Of a stretch of 64,000 bases of DNA, positions 18,996 through 28,577 are shown piece by piece (the stretch's first letter is position 1; every line of letters begins with the position of its first letter). The position numbers and the translations under genes were made by a program. Origin of the DNA: an uncultured Bacilli bacterium (lineage in GTDB: Bacteria; Bacillota_I; Bacilli_A; RF39; UBA660); NCBI GenBank assembly GCA_934102055.1, contig CAKOSE010000001.1, positions 53,740-117,739 of the forward strand, written 5' to 3'. Under the pieces are notes generated by a model. That model was not told the DNA's origin and did not search any database. It saw only the letters and a program-made list of their open reading frames with translations.

Positions 18996-21068
18996 ATGAA
19001 ACATGAGCATAATTTGGCTATAAGAGAGGATAGAAACAAGAAAATGAAAAAACATACAAAGGAAAAAAAGAAAAAAGTCATTGCTATATTAATTATAATT
19101 GTTTTAATCTCTTTAGCAATAGGTATCTCTTATTCAGCATGGAGATATGTTTTTACAGGGAAAGAAAATAAAATAACAACTGGAGATGTTTCAATAAAGT
19201 TTTTAGAAAGTAATACTAATGTAATTAATTTAGCAAATGCTCTTCCAGAAGATGATAATACAGGAAAAAAAGAAAAATCATTTGATTTTGTTGTTACTAC
19301 AAAAGCAACATATAAAACAGCATTAAAATATGATTTAAGTATTAAAAAATTAAGTACAGATACTGGATATACAAGTTTAAATAACAATCAAATTAAAGTT
19401 TATTTAACAGATTCTAGTAATAATGTTTTAGTGGAACCTACTTTAATAAGTAATTTAAGTGATAATTTATTATATAGTAAAACTAATAAACATAGTAGCA
19501 CTAATACTGAAGTAAATGATAAGTACAAACTAAGAGTATGGATAGATAAAAATGTTGATGCTTCAGCCTGGACTAAAGATACAAAGAATCAATATAAGTT
19601 TAAGATAGGTCTTAAGAGTGAGGAAGTAGAAATTGCATCAGGTCCTAACGAACCTGTCTTAGATGATGGAATGATACCAGTATATTATGATGAAAGCAGT
19701 TCATCTTGGAAAAAAGCAGATAGTTCTAATTCAAACAATAATTGGTATGATTATGATTCTAAAAAATGGGCTAATAGTGTAACAGTATCAAGTACTAATA
19801 GAAGTGCTTATAAAAGTGCAAGTGTAGGAACAGAAATACCAATGGATGATATTCTAACAATGCAAGTATGGATTCCGAGATATAAATATAAAGTATGGAA
19901 TTATAATGCGGATGGTACAAAAACAAGTAATCCTCAACCAATAGAAATAACATGGGAGAAAGGAACATCAAAAACAGGAGAAATAACATGTACTGATAAT
20001 ATTCAAGGTTCAAGTGGAGATGGAACAAGTGAAACTTGTAAAATAGATAATAAGGTATGTACAAATTCGACTTGTAATGGAAAAACATATACTCATCCAG
20101 CATTTACTTTCGGAAGTGAGGAAATAAAAGGATTTTGGATTGGAAAGTTTGAAGCGAGTGCAACAACTTCTTTAGATTTAACAACTATTTCTTATAAAGA
20201 GAAAAACAAAAATGAAAATGTAACACTCAATGACATTGCATATTATAGCGATGATAATGAAGATATAATAGTAAAAAAGTTGGCTCCATCAGATGCGATT
20301 TGTACCGTCCTATATAATGAAACTAATCTATATCCTTGCCCCTCTACGTTGTTTGCATTAACTAAGCCCAATATTCACAGCTGGACATATGGGACAGTAA
20401 AGCTTTATGAAGATAGTATAATGAATATGAAAAACAGTAGTAGTGGCTATGGATTAAGTACATCAACAGATACACATATGATAAAGAATAGTGAGTGGGG
20501 AGCAGTAGCATATTTATCTCATTCAAAATATGGAACATGTACAAATGGTACTTGTAAAGAAATAGGAATAAATAATAATTCTAATTATACGGGATGCGGT
20601 GCCACAGCAGGAAGTTCTGCAAGCTCAACATGTAATGCTTATAATACAACGACTGGAATGCTAGCATCAACTACACAAAATATATATGGAGTATACGACA
20701 TGAGTGGAGGAGCATTTGAATATACAATGTCTAACATAGTAAATACTGATGAATCAACAATGATACCAAGAGATTCTGGTTATACAACTACAACATATCC
20801 AGATGCTAAATATTATGATAAATATAGTTACAGTACAAGCGTTACATCAAGAAAAAGAAGTAAACTAGGAGATGGGATAAAGGAAGTATATAAAAGTAGT
20901 GATAATTGTTGGTATAGCGATTTTTCTTACCTTGCGAACTCTAGTTTTCCTTACCTCCATCGTGGGGGCCACGCAGGCAATGGTTTGCCTGCTGGAGTCT
21001 TTGACTCGAACTACGAAAGTGGTTCTTTCGCTTTGGACAAAACCTCTCGTCTCATAATAACACCGTAA
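18996..21068 (+). CDS. Membrane-anchored extracellular protein with a possible C-terminal FGE/SUMF1-like domain. The 3' end is compositionally foreign.
   Basis: N-terminal basic stretch plus a single TM (VIAILIIIVLISLAIGI). C-terminal motifs EWGAVAYL, GVYDMSGGAFEY and HRGG weakly recall the FGE-sulfatase fold. Confidence 0.45.
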   Translation: MKHEHNLAIREDRNKKMKKHTKEKKKKVIAILIIIVLISLAIGISYSAWRYVFTGKENKITTGDVSIKFLESNTNVINLANALPEDDNTGKKEKSFDFVVTTKATYKTALKYDLSIKKLSTDTGYTSLNNNQIKVYLTDSSNNVLVEPTLISNLSDNLLYSKTNKHSSTNTEVNDKYKLRVWIDKNVDASAWTKDTKNQYKFKIGLKSEEVEIASGPNEPVLDDGMIPVYYDESSSSWKKADSSNSNNNWYDYDSKKWANSVTVSSTNRSAYKSASVGTEIPMDDILTMQVWIPRYKYKVWNYNADGTKTSNPQPIEITWEKGTSKTGEITCTDNIQGSSGDGTSETCKIDNKVCTNSTCNGKTYTHPAFTFGSEEIKGFWIGKFEASATTSLDLTTISYKEKNKNENVTLNDIAYYSDDNEDIIVKKLAPSDAICTVLYNETNLYPCPSTLFALTKPNIHSWTYGTVKLYEDSIMNMKNSSSGYGLSTSTDTHMIKNSEWGAVAYLSHSKYGTCTNGTCKEIGINNNSNYTGCGATAGSSASSTCNAYNTTTGMLASTTQNIYGVYDMSGGAFEYTMSNIVNTDESTMIPRDSGYTTTTYPDAKYYDKYSYSTSVTSRKRSKLGDGIKEVYKSSDNCWYSDFSYLANSSFPYLHRGGHAGNGLPAGVFDSNYESGSFALDKTSRLIITP

Positions 21069-21071
21069 ATT

Positions 21072-21116
21072 AAAAAGACAAATTCTTAGTTTTTAAGTTT
21101 TTTGTCTTTTTTATTT
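21072..21116. terminator. Terminator-like hairpin between convergent genes
   Basis: aaaagacaaa ... tttgtctttt (10-bp stem, long loop), then a T-run. Confidence 0.4.
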
Positions 21117-21463
21117 ATTCCTATCATTGCTCCTATACAGGAAGTGGTTACTATTATTAGATAGTATAATAAACTGGAAATGGTTATGGTTTTATCGAAT
21201 GCTAGGAATGCTATTATATAGAATAGTGCAATTATTAGGACTGAGTATTTTAATCCTTCTATATATCCTTTTTTTTCTGTTTTTTTTCCTAGTAGATATG
21301 ATCCTATTAAGATAGATAGTGCTGTTACTAGTATTAGTATTGTTTTATATATATTTTTTGGGATTAGATCGTAATAATTAAAAATATTAATTATGAAGCT
21401 TAGTATTAGAATTGTTCCTAGTGTTATTCCTGTACTTATAGAATAGTTTTTTATTTGTTTCAC
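21086..21463 (-). CDS. Hypothetical 4-TM membrane protein
   Basis: 125 aa and hydrophobic. Lies between the 690-aa gene and the Tad locus on the opposite strand. Confidence 0.4.
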   Translation of the reverse strand: MKQIKNYSISTGITLGTILILSFIINIFNYYDLIPKNIYKTILILVTALSILIGSYLLGKKTEKKGYIEGLKYSVLIIALFYIIAFLAFDKTITISSLLYYLIIVTTSCIGAMIGINKKDKKLKN

Positions 21464-21560
21464 TTTATCACCTAGTAATTTATATGTAAATAGGATAAAT
21501 AATAGTAATATTGAATTGACTTTTTTCGCTATTTTTTATAAAATTAATATAGGAAAATAG

Positions 21561-21782
21561 GTGAGGAGAATGAAACGAATTAATGATAAGGGTCAAACTC
21601 TTGTTGAATATGTTTTGATAATAGCTCTTATTAGTGTCATTGCTATTTCTTTGGTAACTCTTTTAGGAGGTTATTTAAAGGACTCTATAACTAAGTCTTC
21701 TTGTGAACTTGTTGGAGAAGTCTATGTTAAGGGGGATAAGTCTGGGGAAGGATATTGTGCTGATCCAAATGAAAAGAAATAG
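21561..21782 (+). CDS. flp: Flp-family type IVb prepilin
   Basis: Basic leader, then G/QTLVEYVLIIALISVIAIS (Flp G|XXXXEY processing motif). Confidence 0.65.
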   Translation: MRRMKRINDKGQTLVEYVLIIALISVIAISLVTLLGGYLKDSITKSSCELVGEVYVKGDKSGEGYCADPNEKK

Positions 21783-22113
21783 TAAGGGACAAGCTCTTGT
21801 TGAATTTGTTATTATTTTGCCGATTATTTTAATGATTCTTTTCATAATCATTGATTTTTCTAATATTTTTTATCAGAAAAATCATTTGGAGAGTACTTTG
21901 AATGATGTTGTGGAATACAAGGAAAATGGAAAATCTAATTCTTATATAAAAGATAAGGTGAATGATTCAAGTATTTCTATATCGTATAAAAAGATTGATG
22001 ATAGTTTAGATATTAAAATAACAAAAAAGGTTAATTTGATAACGCCTTTCTCATCACTTTTCTTTGATAATCCTTTTGTTATAAAGACTGAAAGGATGAT
22101 TCTTTATGAATAA
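21769..22113 (+). CDS. TadE/TadG-like pseudopilin
   Basis: NSKGQALVEFVIILPIILMILFIIID N-terminus (TadE-like domain). ATG at 21769 (MKRNSKGQ). Confidence 0.55.
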   Translation: MKRNSKGQALVEFVIILPIILMILFIIIDFSNIFYQKNHLESTLNDVVEYKENGKSNSYIKDKVNDSSISISYKKIDDSLDIKITKKVNLITPFSSLFFDNPFVIKTERMILYE

Positions 22114-22471
22114 TAAAGGTCAAACACTTGTTTTCTTTGTGGTGTTAATACCTCTTATACTTGCTCTTTTCGCTTTTGTGATTGATTCTGCGTATATAGT
22201 AAGAGGTAATACTAAACTTTATGGAATTGCTTATTCTGCTCTTGATGATGTTGTAAATCAGGGTAAGGATATAAAAAAAGTAAAACGAGTAATAAAAGAA
22301 AATGATAATAATATAAAAATAATTGTTTTGGATAGAAATGGTATTGAACTTACTAATGAAATTACTCCTATATTTGGAAAAATTATTGGTTATGATAAAT
22401 ATAATCTTGATGTTAAACTTTATACTTCTTATGAGAATGGTAAGTATATGATAAAGGAAAAGGGGAAATAA
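22106..22471 (+). CDS. TadE/TadG-like pseudopilin (second copy)
   Basis: MNNKGQTLVFFVVLIPLILALFAFVIDSAYI. Confidence 0.55.
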   Translation: MNNKGQTLVFFVVLIPLILALFAFVIDSAYIVRGNTKLYGIAYSALDDVVNQGKDIKKVKRVIKENDNNIKIIVLDRNGIELTNEITPIFGKIIGYDKYNLDVKLYTSYENGKYMIKEKGK

Positions 22472-22473
22472 TT

Positions 22474-23244
22474 ATGAAAGCAACGAAAGGAAAGATAATT
22501 ACTATAACTTCTACTAAGGGTGGAGTAGGTAAAACTATAGCACTTTTAAATTTAGCGGGTACTTATGAAAAACTTGGATATAAAACTTTGGTGATTGACT
22601 TAGATCTATATGGTGGGGCAATAGCGACTTATCTTAATTCTAATAATGATAAAACAATATTTAATCTGGTGGAGGATTTAACTAATAATAGATATAATAC
22701 AATTGATGAGTATTTGTTTTCTTATAGTGATAAAATAGATATAATAGCCGCTCCTAAGGATCCGAGAATGGCTAGTAAAATAGATTCTAAATACATTCCG
22801 CTTATTCTTAGAAATGTTATATATAAATATGATGTTATTTTGATAGATACGACTCATAATTTAAATGAGGTAAATATAGTTACCCTTGATAATAGTGATA
22901 GTATTTTATATATGTTTACAAATGATACGTTTGATCTTAAGAATACGAAGTCTTTTATATCGATAATGAAGGATATAGGTAATGATAATTATTATACTAT
23001 TTTAAATGAATCTGTTCATCCTGGAAGAAGTAATTATTCTCTTTTTGATATAAGAAATATTATTAAAAGTAATGTGGATTTTACTATTTCGAAAAGCATG
23101 TATATAAGAAATATTGATAAATTTATCTTGGATGGAAAAATACTTATTTTTAACAAGGGACTTTCTTTTACAGATAAGCGTGAATGGGAAAAGTTAAAAG
23201 TAATTGCCAATACACTTATAAAGGATAAGAAGGGGGTAAAATAA
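22474..23244 (+). CDS. CpaE/TadZ-like ParA/MinD-family ATPase
   Basis: Deviant Walker A ITSTKGGVGKT. Located in the Tad locus. Confidence 0.65.
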   Translation: MKATKGKIITITSTKGGVGKTIALLNLAGTYEKLGYKTLVIDLDLYGGAIATYLNSNNDKTIFNLVEDLTNNRYNTIDEYLFSYSDKIDIIAAPKDPRMASKIDSKYIPLILRNVIYKYDVILIDTTHNLNEVNIVTLDNSDSILYMFTNDTFDLKNTKSFISIMKDIGNDNYYTILNESVHPGRSNYSLFDIRNIIKSNVDFTISKSMYIRNIDKFILDGKILIFNKGLSFTDKREWEKLKVIANTLIKDKKGVK

Positions 23245-24582
23245 ATGAAGAAAACACTTTCTGAGGCTTTTGAGTTAAATGAAAAAACTGTTTCTTTTAA
23301 AGAAATGCAAGCTGATGACTATGAAATATTTGAAGATAAGATTCTTCTTGATACTTTAAGAAATAAAGTTATTCAAAATATTATAGATAATGATGTTCCT
23401 GATAATGAGTTTTTAACTGAATATATAAATAATGAGATAGATGAAGCTCTAGAGGGGTATGATTTGTCAAATTTAGAAAGAAATCATATTTTTAACTTGA
23501 TAGAGAATGAAATACATGGATATGGACCGATAACGGAGTTATTAGATGATCCTAATATAACTGAAATTATGGTAAATGGACCAGATAAAATTTATATTGA
23601 AATTGATGGTAAAGTTGTAAGGGATGATTCGGTTTCTTTTATAAATGATGAGCATATTGTGAGAACAATTCAAAGAATGATACAACCTCTTGGAAGAACA
23701 ATTGATGTTGCAAATCCAATGGTTGATTCAAGACTTAAAGATGGTTCGAGAATAAATGCGGTAATTCCTCCTCTTTCTTTAAATGGACCTGTTTTGACTA
23801 TAAGAAAATTTAAAAAGAATCTAGAGACTATGGAAGATCTTTTGAGAATGGGTACTTTAACTACGTATATGGCTAGATTTTTAGATGCTTCTGTTAAGGG
23901 AAAACTTAATATACTTATATGTGGAGGAACTGGTTCTGGAAAGACAACGGTTTTGAATGTTCTTTCGTCTCTTATTAGTAATGATGAGCGTATTATAACG
24001 ATTGAAGATGCTGCGGAACTTAAATTAAAACAGGAACATGTTATTACGCTTGAGACAAGAAATATGAATTATGAAAAAGAGGGAGAAGTAACTATAAGAG
24101 ATTTGGTTATAAATTCTTTACGTATGAGGCCTGATAGAATAATAGTTGGAGAAGTACGTGGTAAAGAGGCATTTGATATGTTACAAGCTATGAATACTGG
24201 GCATGAGGGAAGTTTATCTACACTTCATGCGAATGGGCCAAAAGATGCTCTTAATAGACTTGAAACAATGGTTTTGATGAGTGGTATTCAAATACCTGTA
24301 ACTGCAATAAGAGAATATATAGAAAAAGCAATAGATTTAGTTGTGTATATAGAAAGACTTCAAGATGGAAAAAGAAAAATAGTTTCAATAAGTGAAGTAT
24401 ATAATATGAAAGATGGGGAAATTAATTTAAAAGAAATATTTAGTTTTAAGCAAAAAGGCTTAACAAAAAGTGGAGAGGTTAATGGTTCTTATATAATGTA
24501 TAAATATATGCCTAAAGTTTATAATAAGATAAAATCAAAGGGTATAGATGAAATAGATGATATATTTGAGAAGATAAAATAG
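23245..24582 (+). CDS. tadA: CpaF/TadA type II/IV secretion ATPase
   Basis: Walker [10 protein letters not shown], Asp box, Walker [11 protein letters not shown], His box LSTLHANG. Confidence 0.85.
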   Translation: MKKTLSEAFELNEKTVSFKEMQADDYEIFEDKILLDTLRNKVIQNIIDNDVPDNEFLTEYINNEIDEALEGYDLSNLERNHIFNLIENEIHGYGPITELLDDPNITEIMVNGPDKIYIEIDGKVVRDDSVSFINDEHIVRTIQRMIQPLGRTIDVANPMVDSRLKDGSRINAVIPPLSLNGPVLTIRKFKKNLETMEDLLRMGTLTTYMARFLDASVKGKLNILICGGTGSGKTTVLNVLSSLISNDERIITIEDAAELKLKQEHVITLETRNMNYEKEGEVTIRDLVINSLRMRPDRIIVGEVRGKEAFDMLQAMNTGHEGSLSTLHANGPKDALNRLETMVLMSGIQIPVTAIREYIEKAIDLVVYIERLQDGKRKIVSISEVYNMKDGEINLKEIFSFKQKGLTKSGEVNGSYIMYKYMPKVYNKIKSKGIDEIDDIFEKIK

Positions 24583-24598
24583 AAAGGGATGGAGTAAT

Positions 24599-25603
24599 AT
24601 GGGGAATTCTATTATATTTACTATAATACAATTTTTACTTATAATTGGACTTATTGTAGTAGCGTGTTATCTTATAAAATTTAAAAATGCTCTAGCACTT
24701 GAGAAAAGGGTAACTAGGTTCTCCATAGAATCTATTACTGATAAACCATTATCATTTTTTGATAAATTGAATAATAAATATAATAATATTATAAATAGGA
24801 TTACAAAATCACTATCAAAATCAAAGCTTTTTATATCTTATAGTAAGCGTTATGATAAGTATTTAGATAAAACTAAAATAATAAGATATAAGGCTATAGA
24901 TATAGTATCAAATAAAATATTTGTGAGTTTGGTAGCACTTATAATAACAGTTATATCTGATGTTTTGAGGGGAAAATCTTTTAGTATAATGCAAATAATA
25001 ATTTCTTTATTAGTAGGTTTTTATATACCGGATATATTTTTATTAATTAATGAAAAGAAAAGAAAAAAACGAATAGAAGATGATTTATTTAAAGCTGTTT
25101 TGATTATGAGTAATGCTTTTAAATCTGGAAGAAGTATTATGCAGGCTGTAGAAATTGTTTCAAATGAATTAGATGGGCCGATAAGTGAAGAATTTAAAAA
25201 AATGTATATTGATTTAACATATGGACTAGAACTTGATGTTGTTTTTGATAGGCTTTCAAATAGAATAAAATTAGATGAAACAAAGTATATGGCTTCTTCT
25301 TTAGTTATATTAAATAAAACAGGGGGTAACATAGTGAAGGTGTTTTCTTCGATTGAAAGAAGTTTTTTTGAAAGAAAGCAGCTAAATGATGAATTAAAAT
25401 CAGTAACAGCGTTGTCAAATTTTGTGTTTAAAATTTTAGTGGCTATACCATTTATAATATTTATCATGATTTATATACTAAATCCAGGTTATTTTGTTCC
25501 TCTTGTAACTACTATAATAGGAAAGATATTACTTATCATAATACTTTTAATTTATGTGCTTTATATAGTTATAGTAAGAAAACTAATAAGAATAAAGGAT
25601 TGA
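24599..25603 (+). CDS. tadB: TadB (GspF-like platform protein)
   Basis: Membrane protein with T2SSF-type domain (LSNAFKSGRSIMQAVEIV). Confidence 0.65.
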   Translation: MGNSIIFTIIQFLLIIGLIVVACYLIKFKNALALEKRVTRFSIESITDKPLSFFDKLNNKYNNIINRITKSLSKSKLFISYSKRYDKYLDKTKIIRYKAIDIVSNKIFVSLVALIITVISDVLRGKSFSIMQIIISLLVGFYIPDIFLLINEKKRKKRIEDDLFKAVLIMSNAFKSGRSIMQAVEIVSNELDGPISEEFKKMYIDLTYGLELDVVFDRLSNRIKLDETKYMASSLVILNKTGGNIVKVFSSIERSFFERKQLNDELKSVTALSNFVFKILVAIPFIIFIMIYILNPGYFVPLVTTIIGKILLIIILLIYVLYIVIVRKLIRIKD

Positions 25604-25607
25604 TATT

Positions 25608-26306
25608 ATGAAAAATAAAAAAAGTTTAAGTTATAGAATATATAGTAAAAAAAATTTAAAAATGGCTGAGGAAAAGACAAGTCTTTTAGGAGTTAATAAT
25701 AAACTTGATGCGGTAGGATTACTTAATACAAGACTTTTTATAAGTATCCTTATTTTTATAGTGATACTTTATTTTATAGATTTTGGTTATTTTATAGCAC
25801 CGATAGTAACATTTTTGGTATACCAGCTTTTCTTTCCTGTTCTAATAGATAGTAAGATAGAAAAAAGAAAGAAAGTGTTAGAAAAAGATTCTTTATATTT
25901 TTTTGAGATATTAGTGCTTTCTTTGGAAGCTGGTAGAAATATAAAATGTGCTATTGAAGTTACTACTAATAATATTGAATCTGAATTATCGGATGAATTT
26001 AAGAAAGTAATAAAAGATGTTAATTATGGAAAAGACTTAGATGAAGCTTTGGAAGAGTTAAAATATAGAATTCCTTCAGATACTGTAAATAATATAATAC
26101 TTAATATAAGACAATCAAATATGTTTGGTAATAATATAATAGATACAGTTTATTCACAAATAAATTATATAAGAGGAAAAAAACTTTTAGAAACAAAAGC
26201 TTATATAAGTAAAATTCCGATTAAAATAAGCGTTGTAAGTGTAGTGTTTTTTATACCTTTATTACTTTTGTTACTTCTTGGACCAATGTTAATTAGTTTG
26301 ATTTAG
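25608..26306 (+). CDS. tadC: TadC (GspF-like platform protein)
   Basis: Paralog of the previous gene (EILVLSLEAGRNIKCAIEV). C-terminal TM. Confidence 0.6.
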   Translation: MKNKKSLSYRIYSKKNLKMAEEKTSLLGVNNKLDAVGLLNTRLFISILIFIVILYFIDFGYFIAPIVTFLVYQLFFPVLIDSKIEKRKKVLEKDSLYFFEILVLSLEAGRNIKCAIEVTTNNIESELSDEFKKVIKDVNYGKDLDEALEELKYRIPSDTVNNIILNIRQSNMFGNNIIDTVYSQINYIRGKKLLETKAYISKIPIKISVVSVVFFIPLLLLLLLGPMLISLI

Positions 26307-26334
26307 AAATATCTTTTGATGTTTCTTTTTTTTG
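26305..26334 (+). terminator. Terminator after the Tad operon
   Basis: agaaatat/atgtttct stem (1 mismatch), then a T8 run. Confidence 0.45.
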
Positions 26335-26510
26335 TGTATTTTTTTAAAATTTATATACTTTGTAATATTTGGGATATAATTAGTTTTTAAAATAAATATT
26401 TCCTATATATGAATTTTTTGTTTTTGGATTAGTTCTATAAGCAAATGTGAAAATTGGTCATTTGCACTATGCTTTTAAATCATTTATAGTGTATTGCGGG
26501 AGGAATATTT

Positions 26511-28577
26511 ATGAGAAAAATTAGATGTTTGTTTATAGGAATTTTATTTATGTTTTTTGCTTTTATAGGAGTAGTTAATGCAAGTAATTACACTGGTAAA
26601 CTTTATGAGGTATATCATCCTAATTCGGGATTTACAGTCTTTGCAGAAGAAAAATACAGAAATATGGACTATAATAGTTGGATGATAAAATCAACAGTAG
26701 ATAATAGGATATATTATTGTATTGATCCTACTATTCCTTTGGAAGGATCATTTGAGGGTTCACATAAGTATATAATTGGAGAAAATAACATAAAAAAGGA
26801 AATTAATATAACAAGTGAACAGTATAAGAAAATAAATCTTTTAGCATTTTATGGTTATAAATATAATGATCGAAAGTATAATCATTCAGATAAAAAATGG
26901 TATGGGATAACTCAGGTAATGATATGGAGAGTGATGAGACCTGATCTTACTTGGACATTTAAAGAAAGTAGAGATGCTAAACCCGATAAAAGTTTATATA
27001 AGGATGAGATAAAGGAATTAAATTATTTAGTATCAAAGCATGATACATTACCAAGTTTTGTAGATCAAAAAACAAAAGATAAGGATATTAGGTTGTTATT
27101 AAATGACGAGATTACTTTAAAGGATACAAATGATACTTTGTATAGGTATTATTTAGTGTCAAGCTTGTTTAAAAAAATAAAGCTAACAAGAAGTGATTCA
27201 AGTGTTATATTAAAAGGGATAAAACAAGGCAGAGAGCAAGTTAATTTTAGTACATCAAGCTATACGGGGGATTTATTTGCTTTTCTAACAAGTAGTAATT
27301 ATCAAGATGTAGTAATTGCTGGGTATGATGGACTTCCTCATTTTAGTTTATTTGTAGATGTAGTTGGAGGAACTCTTAATATTCGTAAATTTGATAAAGA
27401 AACAAATGCAAGTCAAGGGGAAGCGACTTTGAAAGGGGCAAAGTATGAAATATATGACAAAGATAATAAGTTTGTTAAACTAGTTGAAACTGATGAAGAT
27501 GGAAAGGGCCAAACTATTTTGGATTATGGAGATTATATAATAAAAGAGAAAACCCCTCCACAGGGATATAAACTTGATCCTAATACTTATAATATCAGTA
27601 TAAGTAAGGAAAACAATGAAATTAATTTGGATGTAAAAGATGAAGTAATAAAAGGAAGAATAATAATTAAGAAAATGAAAGGAGGTTCTAAAGAAAAGTA
27701 TATAGCTGAAGAAAATGCTGTATTTGAAATATATGATGTTAATAATAAATTAGTAGATACTATAACTACTGATAAAGATGGTCTAGCACACTTAACGTTA
27801 CCATATGGTAAATACAAAGTAAAACAAATAAAAGGTGCAGATGGTTATGTTATAAGTGATGATTATGAGATTAATATTAAGCAGGAGAAGGATTATCAAC
27901 TAAATATTAAGAATAAAAAGTTATCTATAATTGAAATAACAAAACTCGATGAAGAGACTAATGAACCTATTAAGGATACATTTTTTGAAATTTATAATGG
28001 TAAAGAAAAAATATTTGAAGGAAAAACAGATGATAAGGGGAAACTTAAAATAGAAAATGTTAAGATAGGAACATACATTTTAAAAGAAGTAAAACCAAAT
28101 AAATATTATAGAAGTAATGATGAAGAGAAAGAGTTTTTAATAAGCGAAAATGGAACATATCTTGAGTTAAAAGTAAAAAATACTAGAAAAAGAGGTAATG
28201 TTACATTTTATAAAATAGATAGCTTATCTGGAAAAAAATTAGAGAATGCAAGTATAAGATTAGAAGATGATATATTAAAGAAAACTGTTTTTAAAGGTAA
28301 AACTGATAAAGATGGAAAAATATATATAAAGGATTTGGTGGCAGGAAATTATTGTTTTTATGAGGAAAAAGCTCCTTTTGGATATAAAAAAGATGAGAAA
28401 CCAAAGTGTTTTGAACTTTCAAAGGATAATGAGAATATAAATATTAGTATGGTTAATGAAAGATTAATAAGTGTTCCTAATACTTTTAAGAATGATAGTA
28501 AAGTATATGTGATTATTGGTATATTTATAGTTGTTGTAAGTTTAAGTTATATTGTTTATGTTAAACAGAATAAATAA
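26511..28577 (+). CDS. Sortase-anchored adhesin: N-terminal thioester-like domain plus 4 CnaB/SpaA-type (prealbumin-fold) repeats
   Basis: Signal peptide. YYCIDP Cys and ITQVMIW Gln-motif (TQxxIW) typical of internal-thioester domains. Four repeats ending ...KDG....L.YG.Y...E.KAP.GY. C-terminal sorting-signal architecture (VPNTF + TM + KQNK). Confidence 0.6.
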   Translation: MRKIRCLFIGILFMFFAFIGVVNASNYTGKLYEVYHPNSGFTVFAEEKYRNMDYNSWMIKSTVDNRIYYCIDPTIPLEGSFEGSHKYIIGENNIKKEINITSEQYKKINLLAFYGYKYNDRKYNHSDKKWYGITQVMIWRVMRPDLTWTFKESRDAKPDKSLYKDEIKELNYLVSKHDTLPSFVDQKTKDKDIRLLLNDEITLKDTNDTLYRYYLVSSLFKKIKLTRSDSSVILKGIKQGREQVNFSTSSYTGDLFAFLTSSNYQDVVIAGYDGLPHFSLFVDVVGGTLNIRKFDKETNASQGEATLKGAKYEIYDKDNKFVKLVETDEDGKGQTILDYGDYIIKEKTPPQGYKLDPNTYNISISKENNEINLDVKDEVIKGRIIIKKMKGGSKEKYIAEENAVFEIYDVNNKLVDTITTDKDGLAHLTLPYGKYKVKQIKGADGYVISDDYEINIKQEKDYQLNIKNKKLSIIEITKLDEETNEPIKDTFFEIYNGKEKIFEGKTDDKGKLKIENVKIGTYILKEVKPNKYYRSNDEEKEFLISENGTYLELKVKNTRKRGNVTFYKIDSLSGKKLENASIRLEDDILKKTVFKGKTDKDGKIYIKDLVAGNYCFYEEKAPFGYKKDEKPKCFELSKDNENINISMVNERLISVPNTFKNDSKVYVIIGIFIVVVSLSYIVYVKQNK

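Noticed and set aside
21086-21463. 125-aa membrane protein as the Tad prepilin peptidase TadV
   Set aside because: It is smaller than A24 peptidases and I could not identify the paired catalytic Asp motifs by eye. It is kept only as an open question in the findings.
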